Shown here one piece after another: positions 1-11,300 of a stretch of 32,875 nucleotides of DNA. The position numbers and the translations under genes were made by a program. The stretch spans positions 1 to 32,875 of IMG/VR virus record IMGVR_UViG_3300020432_000023; one strand, given 5' to 3'. Source of the DNA: a virus (Duplodnaviria; Caudoviricetes). How positions within the stretch are numbered: position 1 is the first letter of the stretch; each line of letters starts with the position of its first letter. The notes under the pieces were generated by a model that was given only the letters and a program-made list of their open reading frames with translations, searched no databases and had not been told where the DNA came from.

Positions 1-791
1 GTAAGTAATTTTTTAACTAATGTTAGTGTAATCTTAAACCTATCTGCACCTGGTGCTGAGAAGTTTGTGCTTCCTATAGCATTATCATATAACGTTGCGT
101 CCTCATCAGCAGTTATTATCCTTTCTTCTACCTTCAATCCTACCTTGTATGATGGATTAGTCTCGTATTGGTCTAATATAATAGTCTGTTCGGCTACATT
201 AGCAAAGTATCCTCTAACATAATAAACACCAGCACCAACGTTAGCAGTTGATCCTTGTGCATTTGCATTAGAATTTAAGAGTTGTGCAAGAGGTGTTCCA
301 GCTGTAATAGTTGTAGAAGCGTAAGTAATATCACTTTCACAGGTAAATGTCTCACCATCAGTGAATGTAGTAGTAATATTATCGTCAGCTTTCTGAATAT
401 AGTTTATGTAAAATGAAATATTGTTTCTTGTTGATGTAGTAGCACTAATAGAAAATAGAATACGAGCACGAACACCAGAAGTAGATCCCTTAATGATCTG
501 ACCATCAAGTGCAGTTCTATAGTTTTCTACATCAAGATTAAGATAAGTATTTTGAATTATGACACAAGGAACTTTCTTGTTAAGAGTAGTACCACCAGGA
601 ATTACCATGGCACCTTCTTTATACACACCTTGACCAAATGTGTCAATTTGATTTTGTAATAAGCTCTGAAGCGTAGTAAGTTCCCTAGCCTGTACTGGAT
701 AGCCAGGTTTGAAAAGTACTTTTAGGAAGCCCTTACTATCATCGAAGTCGTCGAAGTAAGGAGCTATATTCAGGTTCGTATTCTGTGCCAT
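1..791 (-). CDS. Virion structural protein, VrlC/DUF4815-like (5' part; runs off window start)
   Basis: Translated by hand: ATG at 791 directly follows the gp8 stop (TAAATG). N-terminus MAQNTNLNIAPYFDDFDDSKGFLKVLFKPGYPVQARELTTLQSLLQNQI is the typical start of this cyanomyovirus family, which usually follows gp8. Confidence 0.85.
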   Translation of the reverse strand, partial: MAQNTNLNIAPYFDDFDDSKGFLKVLFKPGYPVQARELTTLQSLLQNQIDTFGQGVYKEGAMVIPGGTTLNKKVPCVIIQNTYLNLDVENYRTALDGQIIKGSTSGVRARILFSISATTSTRNNISFYINYIQKADDNITTTFTDGETFTCESDITYASTTITAGTPLAQLLNSNANAQGSTANVGAGVYYVRGYFANVAEQTIILDQYETNPSYKVGLKVEERIITADEDATLYDNAIGSTNFSAPGADRFKITLTLVKKLL

Positions 792-2306
792 TTAGAATTC
801 AATTACTACTTTGAGCTCTTCGTTTTGATCCGCAGATCGTGTGATTGGGATCCTGTTATCAACATAAAGGATTTCACCAGAGTTTAAATCAATCTCTTCA
901 TTAGCATATCCTGCAACGAATGAAAGACCCAACTCATACACAGAAACACCAATTGTTATCTGTGCTAGTGGAACAGCAGATGTTCCAAAATTTGTATCAG
1001 GAGTAGCTACAAATCCAGTAACATTACCTGTTATCTGGTTTGCACCAGAAAATGAAATTACATTACCATTCACAGTACCATCTTCAGAATTCTGATAATA
1101 TTTCAAAACTTTAGTTGTAGAGTCATATGAAACTACAAATCCTTTTGCGTTTGTTGTTGCTTGTGTTATACTTTCACCTGGTGAAAAGTTACCAGTAGGA
1201 GATCCAGTACCAGACTGAGGAAAGATTATTGCTTTCACAGCAGATCTAGTATTTTGACTACACACTGTTGTAGTATTGTAGTCGAATGGGTTAAGTACAA
1301 GACCAACCCTTCTGTAAGACAAGTCATTTGGAAAATCTACAAATGCACTAGTAGTTTCTAACTTACTAGCAAACATTAAACGATAAGAACCAAATTCTCT
1401 TACAACATCAGCACCATGACCTAAGTTTGGTGGAAGTACAACGTCAAGAGACGCATTCAATCCACTACCTATGCCAGGAATTAAAGCAACATCAATAGAA
1501 GCAAAACTATATCCAGATCCTGCAGACGTAATTGTCACTGAAGTAATCTTAGATGATTCTACTTTTACTGTACAGAAAGCCTGAGTACCACCATTAATTT
1601 CCCAATCTCCTCTAATAGGAACATTGGTATAATCTTTATTGTTGTATCCAGAACCAGCATTCTCAATAACCACAGTATCAACTGAACCAGAGTTTGCTGC
1701 AGCCTTAACTAATGAATTAGAAATAACTGGGATAAACTCAGAGGTAACAAACTTTAGAATATTATCAGCATCAATAGTGTACATATATTTCCATCTATAA
1801 GAATATACGCCAGGACTATCTGATGTTTCGATAATAGTTGTTGATGTACCAGTAGGTTCTACCAAAGAGGGTCTACCTCTTGGGAAGTCTGGGGACTGAC
1901 CATTATAAAGACACTTATAGACGTTAAAGTCTGAGTTCATCACATAGAAGTTACTGTCATATAATCTAGACGCACCATTTGCAGTAGTCTTAGTAGGAGA
2001 ATAATCAGGTTTATACATTGAATATGTACGTCCAACTCCACCAGTTGTTTTTGTAGGATCAATCCAATCGACCCTAGGAACTACCAATGCTGTATCAGAA
2101 ATATCAACTCTCTTAAAGCCCACGGAATCAGCATACACACCACGTGCGTACTCAAAACTATCAATAGGCTCACCTGAAGGTGGTACATCTGTACTACCCC
2201 AAGATTTAGATCTACCTACAAACATGTACACCTTATTGGTGGCCTGTAGAGTGTCTCTAAAGCTTTCAGCAGCGTATATTCTAAATTTATCAGTAACTAA
2301 TGCCAT
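792..2306 (-). CDS. gp8: Baseplate wedge subunit gp8
   Basis: 504 aa with motifs YMFVGRSKSW, VPRVDW, FYVMNSDFNVYKCLYNG, YRWKYMYTI and C-terminal SGEILYVDNRIPITRSADQNEELKVVIEF; sits in gp25-gp6-gp7-gp8 order. Confidence 0.92.
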   Translation of the reverse strand: MALVTDKFRIYAAESFRDTLQATNKVYMFVGRSKSWGSTDVPPSGEPIDSFEYARGVYADSVGFKRVDISDTALVVPRVDWIDPTKTTGGVGRTYSMYKPDYSPTKTTANGASRLYDSNFYVMNSDFNVYKCLYNGQSPDFPRGRPSLVEPTGTSTTIIETSDSPGVYSYRWKYMYTIDADNILKFVTSEFIPVISNSLVKAAANSGSVDTVVIENAGSGYNNKDYTNVPIRGDWEINGGTQAFCTVKVESSKITSVTITSAGSGYSFASIDVALIPGIGSGLNASLDVVLPPNLGHGADVVREFGSYRLMFASKLETTSAFVDFPNDLSYRRVGLVLNPFDYNTTTVCSQNTRSAVKAIIFPQSGTGSPTGNFSPGESITQATTNAKGFVVSYDSTTKVLKYYQNSEDGTVNGNVISFSGANQITGNVTGFVATPDTNFGTSAVPLAQITIGVSVYELGLSFVAGYANEEIDLNSGEILYVDNRIPITRSADQNEELKVVIEF

Positions 2307-2325
2307 GCCATTAAGCTTTTGTTGT

Positions 2326-2333
2326 TATTTATA
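2326..2333 (-). promoter_or_regulatory. T4-type late promoter (TATAAATA) for gp8
   Basis: Exact TATAAATA on the minus strand about 20 nt upstream of the gp8 ATG. Confidence 0.8.
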
Positions 2334-5300
2334 ATGATCTCAGACGAACTTCTGGAAGAAGCGAGACGTTTCCAGTAATTGTGCCAGGATAACCTACGTC
2401 TAATAATCCTCCGTTTGCAGGATTGACTCTACGCAACTCATTTGGAATTTCAATTGTGAAAGATGTATTCCCAGTCCTAGTTATATCATATACTCCGTCT
2501 GGTGGAATATAGGTAATGTAGTTAACTGCATCTGATTGATTTATATTAGTTCCAGAACTGAAATCTAAGAATATTCTATTCTCACCTGTTTGCATATTAT
2601 GATCACTAGAAGTTGTAACGGTCACAATCCTAGAACTCTGACTGACTGTATAAGTTCCAGTAATTACATTATGTGCATAAGCAGTTGTACCCATAAATCC
2701 TCTACCTCCTGTTGCAACAGTTAGAGTATTATTAACGGTATCTTTTGCACCAAACAGAATTCTCTCATTTCTCCATCCTATTACATTACCAGAACTATCA
2801 GTATTAGGATTATAATAAGGAATAAGAACTTCACCTTCATCTGCGAAACCATACTTCTGAGAAACATTGTACCAAACGTTTCTTAAGTTCAATGTAGTAT
2901 CAGAAGCATTGATAGATGATGTAAGATAAGTAACCCCAAGTAAATTAGAGTCAGAAACAATTCTGTTTCTCTCAAATCTTTCAAGATGTATTGGATGTGC
3001 TGCAATAACTGTTGGAGCACTTGTGTATCCACTACCACCCTTTAAGTTGGTAACAGATAGAACTTTACCACTGCCTTCTTCAATAGTTGTTTGTGCACTA
3101 GCCCCAACTCCACCTCCACCTGTAAAGATGAGGACTGGAGGATTTTCATAGTTAGAACCTACATTGGTAATATTAACCTGTGTCACTGCACCACCTGTAA
3201 CAACAGCTTGGAACTCAGCAACAGTCGGCCTCAAACCAGTGTATTCATATGTATCAACAGAACTAGAACTTGAAACAGTTGCAATTCTACGATCAGAACC
3301 CTCACTGACGATTTGCATTTTATCATTAGCATCAATAGAGTTGAATGTATTTGCAACTAGAATATCGTTAGGACCTCCAGTAAAGATAAACATAACACAT
3401 TGAGACGCTGCTCTTGGAGCTTCACTAAATTCAATAACTGATCCTCTCAATGTATATGCAACGCCAGGTTCTTGGAATATACCATTGAGGAATATTAATA
3501 AGTTATTTGAAGGATTGACAGCCTCGTTATCACTCTCTAGAGAGAATGGTTCGTTCTCATTCCTCATAACAAATGTTGTTCTACTACTATCAAAGTAAGG
3601 AGATAGATCATCTAGTAACACTAACTTACCAAAATAGTACCCATAGAAGTCCATGCCAGGTAAGGGTGGTTCAGTAAATGTTATTGTACTACCAGTATAT
3701 GTGTATGCATCTGTAGTTCCTTTGATCTGGAATGTACCATTCAAGAATATCAAGAAGTTATCAGATGCAGGTAGTACCTGTGTACTACCGCCAGATTGTG
3801 TAGTAAATGCTGTATCAACTCCATCAAAGGTTACGCTACCTACCTTGATTTGGAAATCAGGTGACGTAGATACAGTTCTTGTGACACTATTAAGATTACC
3901 AGATCCACCTGCAGTCGTACCAACAGCAGTAGTAACGATAGCCCATAGTGTTGTTATAGTAGATGCAATATCTGTGCAGTCATTTGTGTCATAGACATTG
4001 TTTCCACTATCATTAGTAATAGTAAGATCCTTGATCTGTTTGCCCTTAGTGCCAGCGTTTGTGGTAACTGTAATGTTACGCATGATTTGATTACATATAT
4101 CTCTGGCATGATTGAATACCTGTACTGACTCATCTTCCTCACCAGTCAAGTGATTAGATCCAACATAGAACTTAGCAGCATCATAAGTTGCATCATTACC
4201 ACCAAACTCAACGTTGTCAGCTACAGCATCAGTAAGAAGTCTAGTATCACGAAGACACTTAGTTTGATATACAGTAGAGAAGAGTGGATTGTTTGCTTGC
4301 ATTCTACCATAGGCAGTAGTTGCGATAAAGTTAAGATTTTTTCTAATCAATGATGCAGCATCAGCACCCTTATCATACTTGTGATAACCATGAGATACGA
4401 TTGCTCTTGTAACTGAGTTAGAGCCAGCAGAAACAAATGTATGTCTGTCTCCCGTCTTAACGCAACCTGCATCAGCAGAATTAAACTTATGAGTATAATT
4501 ACCACCCGTGATTACAGAGTTGGAAAGTGCAGATTGGAACTTATGTTTATACACACTAGTTGATTGTTCAGTAGTCAGAACATCAACTGTAATTGAATCA
4601 GGAGATGTAGAAATAATCTCTAATGCAGTATCATAGAATGGATCTTTCTTCTTAAAGAATGGAGCAACATAAACTGCATCAGTATCAGCGTTAACAAATG
4701 TATGAGTTGTTGTATTTGTAGAAGGTGTTTTAGTTAATACCTGTACGTCAAATGTGTTATGTGTAACATTTGATACTTCAATAAAGTTACCACTTGCAGG
4801 ATCTTTATGTGTAATACCATCATTAGTCGCAGATACAAATAAATGAGTGGATACATTAGTTGATGGAACGCTATCTAAAATCTTAACATCAAATTCGTAT
4901 GCAGTCACATTGAATATCTTCAACCACTTACCACTAGCATAATCAGTAGAACGTGGATATGAATGATTGGTCTGATAGTTATCTTGAGCACATGCAAATG
5001 TTATAGAGTTATCTGCAAGTTTAACGTAATCATTCTCTCTCATTCCATGAGCAATGTTTGTAGTAATATGTAAAATACCTGTCTCTGGATAATAGTGAGT
5101 TCCAGTTGAGTTAGATTTGTTTGGTTCAGATATCATTAGAGCGAAAGTTGATGCACCTCCAGTCCAAGTATGTGCATATCCACCACCACTTTGTATAGCA
5201 TTAGTAGCAACGAAACCAGGCTTCCATCTATGAGTTGATAAATCTTGAGATATACCAACATTCAATGTAATTGTGGTATCAGTTACCGCTAATATTGTTA

Positions 5301-8300
5301 CAGCAGTATCGTATGCAGGATCTGGATTACCATCACCAGCAGTTGCACGAGGATATGTGTGGTCAGTTCCATAACTGTCTGTAGCACACTGGAATGTAAA
5401 TCCATTATTTGCAAGTTTAACAGTTGTACCAACAGTCAAGTTATGTGCACCTATTTCTATTATAAGAGCACCAGTGCCAGGATCATATGTACCATCTGTA
5501 GCAGTATGATTTACGATAGGAGATTTACCAACGTATATTGTTGCAGTAGAACCTGATTGTGCTGTGACAGCCATGTTCTTACCGAAGTATGGATCTTTTG
5601 CTCTTGGATATGTCTTAGTAGCAGTATTGCCATCCATTGCACAAGTAAATCTCATTGAGTTAGGTCTCAATCTAACCATTCTTTCTGCATGACTTAAACC
5701 TGTTGCAGTTGCTGACTGGAATACGTGATTTGTTACATTAGTAGATGGAATGATATCAAGAACTTGTATATCAAATGTATCATTTGTTACATTAAATATT
5801 TCTATCCATTTACCACTGATAGGATCTGTGGAACGAGGATATGTGTGGTCACTTGCTTGACCGTCCTCGTCACATTTGAATGTTAAAGCATCGTCGTCAA
5901 TTTTAATCAACTCTAATTCTGTAAATCCATGATTTGCAATAGTCAATGTCATGATACCTGTTGATGGCACATATACTGCATTAGTTACCTGATGTTGAGT
6001 AGGAACTGTTGCCCAAGTTGGAGATGAACTAAAGGTTAATACAGCAAGTCCAGTTGCAGCATCATAAGTTGCAGACTGTATATCCGCATATGCAGTAGCG
6101 TTACTAGCAGTCAGAGTTCTCACTGCTGGCCTTGGATATGTCTTAGTACCAACTCCTTGAGTACAGTTAAATGCTAGTGAGTTATCTTTAATCTTGACAA
6201 AATCACCATTATTCAATCCATGACAAACTTCAATACAGTCAGTTGTAGAAGATATGAACGTATGTGCAGACAAGTCTGATATAGGTTGACCATTATTGTT
6301 TACATTTACAGTGATAGTGTTTGCTGTAACCGCAGCAATTGGTAGATTTCTTTGATATGCATAATCGGCAACGCCAGCATTGACACCAGTACCACTAGCA
6401 CGAGGATATGTCTTCTGTGCAGTATTGCCATCAAGAATACATGTGAAGGTTAATGAATCTGGTACAATTCTAATTTTATTACTTGTAGTAAGATTATGTG
6501 CACCAATATTCATCACTAACAATCCTGACTGTGGATCATAGGTAGTACCTGTATTAACAGTATACTTCTGGTCAGTGATTGACATTATACCTGTAGTTGC
6601 ATTGTATGCAGCTGTGGATGGAGTTATCTTAGGTGCAGATACAAATGTATGGTTAGCAATATTAGTTGAAGGTATAACATCAAGAACAGTGACATCGAAT
6701 GTATTAGTTGTAACATTTGATACCTTTAACCATCTATCATAGGCAAAATCTGTAGTGCGTGGATACAGTTTTGTAGAAGTGTAAGCATCTTCACTGCAAG
6801 TCATTCCTAATGATTCAGGCTTGAATTTGACCCAATCATTATTTGAGAAACCATGTGACGGTGCAGTAACTGTCATAACCCCATTATTAGGATTATAGGA
6901 TACTGTTGTTAGTTCATGTCCAGTAAATGTAGTACGTGGATAACTGTGAACAGTTCTATAATTATCTCTATTGCAAGTGAATGAAACTGCTCCATCAGCA
7001 AGTTTAATTGTCTGGCCAGCATAGAAATCATGTGATCCAATAACCAATTCCATTTCACCGTTAGATGGATCGTATATGGCGTTTGTAGGGGTCTTAGTCA
7101 CTAAAGGAGACTTACCTACAAAAGTGGTTACTGTGTCGCTCGTAACGGAGTATATGCCTAATGGTGCACCGTTTGCAGGATCAGTAGATCTTGGGTAAGA
7201 ATGCTTAGTTGCTCTAGCATCCATTTCACATGTAAAGACTAATCCATTTTCCTTGATTGTAATAACATCTTGTGCTTGTTTAATACCATTTGCTACAGCA
7301 GATACGAAAGTATGTGTTGTAGTATTAGTTGATGGAATAGTCTCTAAACATTGTATAGTAAATGTATTATTTGTTACATCAAAGATCTCTATAAACTTAC
7401 CGCTAATTGGGTCAGTAGATCTAGGATATGTTTTAGTGCCTGAGCCATGAGTACAGTCAAATGACAATGAATCATCTTCTATGAGAACTAGATCACCATT
7501 AGACATTCCATGACCATTTACGGTTATTACTACCTTACCATCTGTAGGTGTATAAACCGCACCAGTTGCAGTATGAGAAACCGCACCTAGTAAGTTATGG
7601 TTACCTAGGGTTAGTGTTAGTACACCTGTACTAGCAGTATATGTAGAGTTTGTAGGTGTAAAGCTGAACCTTTCATTTTTACCAACATTAACTGTAAATG
7701 AGTTTGTAGTTACCTTATCAATAGTCAACCAAGAACCACCTGCAGGATCTGAAGCACGAGGGTAAGTATGGTTTGTAGAATTGTTATCTTTAGAACAAGT
7801 AAATGTTAATGAATCAGTGTCAATTAAAACTCTATCACCTTTGATCATACCATGACTTGCAACAGTCAATGTCATGTCACCTGTTGCAGGATAATACTTG
7901 ACCTTTGTAGGTTGGAATTGGTATGTTGATAACCCTTGCCATGTATGGGCATCAGTGTTAGTAGGCGATGTACCTTGTAGAGCATTAACTGTGATAGTAG
8001 TTGCACTTACAGCATCAATAGGAACATCAAATAGATTTCCGATTGGATCTGTAGCACGTGGATATGATGCAGTTCCACCACTACCATAAGAGCAGCTGAA
8101 TGTTAGAGAATTATTAGCAATTCTAATCTTATCATTGGTTGTTAAAGTATGATTACCAATAGTAAGTTCTAAGTCACCTGTGCTAGGATTGTATGTTGCT
8201 GTAGAAGGAACATAATTATTAGTCAACTGAGATCCAACTTCAGATAATCCAAGGAAGTCATTAGGAGTATATCCGTTACCTGCTTGATTTAATACAACAT

Positions 8301-11300
8301 TAGATACACTGTTATTTGTAACTGTAATATTAGCTGTTGCACCAGATCCAGATCCAAGTCTATTTTTCAGTATAATATTATTGTATACGCCATTTGTATA
8401 CTGTGAGCCAGGTGTTAGACCATTAGCAGTGTCAAAGGTTTTAATCTCATCACCAATGGTATCTAATTGGAAACTAGAGGTATATGATGCACGATCATAA
8501 TACATCGCAAGAACTGAAGATCCTACAAGTAAAGGATGCTTGAATGTTATAATATTATTTGCAAAGGTATAGTTTGCAGGATTTTGTGCAATACCATTAA
8601 CTATAACAAACATCTGTTTAGACTCAGCAGTCTTACCAATTTTTGTGCCAATATCAATACCACCAGTTCTTATCTTGAACTGTGTATTGACTCCATCCTG
8701 ATAAAGCCTAAATCCATGACCCACACCAGTTCCAATACTACTGAAGTTGATTGCAGCTCCACCAGAACTTTCTCTCAACTCTATAGTATTTGCATCAACA
8801 TATTTGATAAAATAATTGTTACCACTAGTCAATCCACCAATAGCAGTTCCAGTTCTTGTATTTGGATAATTACCAATACTCTTGTCGGGTAGTGTTGATG
8901 GATTGTCAATAGCATCAGTTATAATTTTTGCAAAAGTAGTAATAGCACTCTTAACGTCAGCACAACCACCAGGATCGTTTGTAATGCTTAAATCAGTTGT
9001 AGGTGCTTTTGTTGTATATGTGCCAATTGGTAAATCATTCGTGACTGCTAATAAACAAAGATCTCTTGCTTTATTGTATGCAAATATAGTCTCTGTCTCC
9101 TCACCACCAATATGTTGTATATGATTTGCAGGATTAGATCTAGTTACAGTTGAAAGACTATCAGAACTAATAGCAGTAGTGACAATATCAAACAATACAT
9201 CTTGTGCTGACTGAATAGGAGCACATGTAGCAAGATTGAGTGTAATAGTAGTATCAATCGTCTGAGTTAGACCGTGAGATCCTTGAATAGCAATAGCTTC
9301 ATTAACAATGACCTTACGAGCAAATTCTTTTGCTTTGTTGAACGCCCATATTGATTGTGTTTCTTCACCATCTAGATGAACTGTATTTACATAGTAATTT
9401 GCAGCATCATATACCTCACTGTTACCACCGTATGCTAGGTTATAAGCAACAGCCTCGATAACATCAACAATATCATCAATACAGTTTTGATTACCGCCAG
9501 GAACGCCAGCATATCCACCAGGAACACCGACTGTAGGATCAGCAAGCATTTGTTCAACTACTTCATTAGCAATAAAGTTCTTATTATCTAAAAGTAACTG
9601 TCTAGCATCACCATGTGCATTACTTAACAATACAACTCCACCAACATAATATTCTGCTGCTGTAACACTGAAGAAGTTACCATCATATCTTAGATCATTA
9701 GTCCATGCTGCAACAACTAGTCTTGTATCTCTAGCACAGGTTGCTGAGTTGTAAGTTAAACTTGGATATGAAGCATTTAAAGCCCCTATTGTCTCTTCAA
9801 CAATATAATCTATGTTGTTGATAATTAAATTTCTAGCATCTTGGAATCTATCACCACCAGCATTATAAGTTACACGTTGATTATCTACATATGGATGTCC
9901 TGTGAGAGTAATACGATTAGTTGTCGTATCTACCACGCTAGTTGATGATCCATCAAAGTTTATTGTGTTATCTGTAATATCATCAATCTTATATGAGACG
10001 CAAGATAAGATCTTTTGTATATCTAATAATTGTCTACCAAATATTTGAACTTCTGTAGGAACAACTGCAGTATAGTCTGGTTTACCTAGTGCAAAGTTAT
10101 TAATGGTTGATAATTTACCAGTTGCTTTAGCAGATGGTTTTGGAGTAATAAATGTTGTACCATTAAATGTATCATTACCAGTATTAGTTGGTGATTGGAA
10201 CCAAGCATAAGTGTCAGTAGATGCATCGTTAATAACTGGTAGTTGTCTATAGGTCTTAGATACTGTTTGAGTTAATACTTGTGTACCAACAACTTTAAAG
10301 CCTGCAGGATGAGCAGCAAACTTAAGTGGATTTTGCCAATCACTTATATTGATAGAAGATGATATATCATATGAGAATTCTTGGAACCTATTACTGTCAT
10401 ATACTCTCTGTTCATTAAGATCTAAGAAACCAGTAGTGCGTTCCCATGTTTTTGCAGAATCACTTATGGCTGATACTTCAAATACTGCATCTGCTTTACT
10501 AAACTCATGGATCTGACCAAATGCTGCAGTTTCTTCACCAAATACAGGTTCACCTACTTTAAATTCACCTTCAACGATCTCTGCACTAACAACACGTCCA
10601 GAAGCATCCCAACCTTTAACAAATCCATAGGCTGTGTATGATGTTGGAGATGAACCTTGATAAATCCTCTCGCCTGGTGAGAAAGTAGCAGGTCTCATGT
10701 ATGCAATGATATTATCACCAAGATCTGTCGTTTCTAATGTAAAATAAGTTATTCCATTAGCATCACCAATAGGATCGGATGTAAATGTGATGAAAGTTCC
10801 AAGGTTTGCATTTGCAAGACTTGTAGCAAGTCTAATCTGGTTATCTGCCAATCCATTAGCAGTGGTTCTTGCAATCGCATAATAAGTTGTGCCAGCAATT
10901 AATGGTGAAGGGAATACTCCATTGTTAGCTCTAAGAATTACTTTTGTACCTGTTGGTATCTTCGTATTATATGGGAAGTTTAATGTACTATTAGATTTTA
11001 ACCCAACCCATGTATGAGTAACTTTTGCAGTTACTGTTGGTGCAGAGGTAAATCCTCTACCTGCACTAATTACAGAAACAGATTGTATAACTTCGTTCTC
11101 AATCTTAGGTAATAAACTAAATTGAGATCCTTGACCACCAGTTAGAACAATCTCAGGTACTGCAACAAAATTTGAACCACCATCAATAACATCAAGATAA
11201 TCAATAACTTGAGTTCTAGTAAGTTGTAAATTAAAGGTAGTGTTTAAAGATGGTTTTAAAGTTTTATCGTGACTGTAGTTGTAAGTAATATTATCACCAC

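Noticed and set aside
4410-8214. Repeats as a CRISPR array or DGR template/variable repeat pair
   Set aside because: The repeats are in-frame protein units diverged at synonymous sites; no identical spaced repeats, no adenine-specific pattern noticed and no reverse transcriptase in the window.
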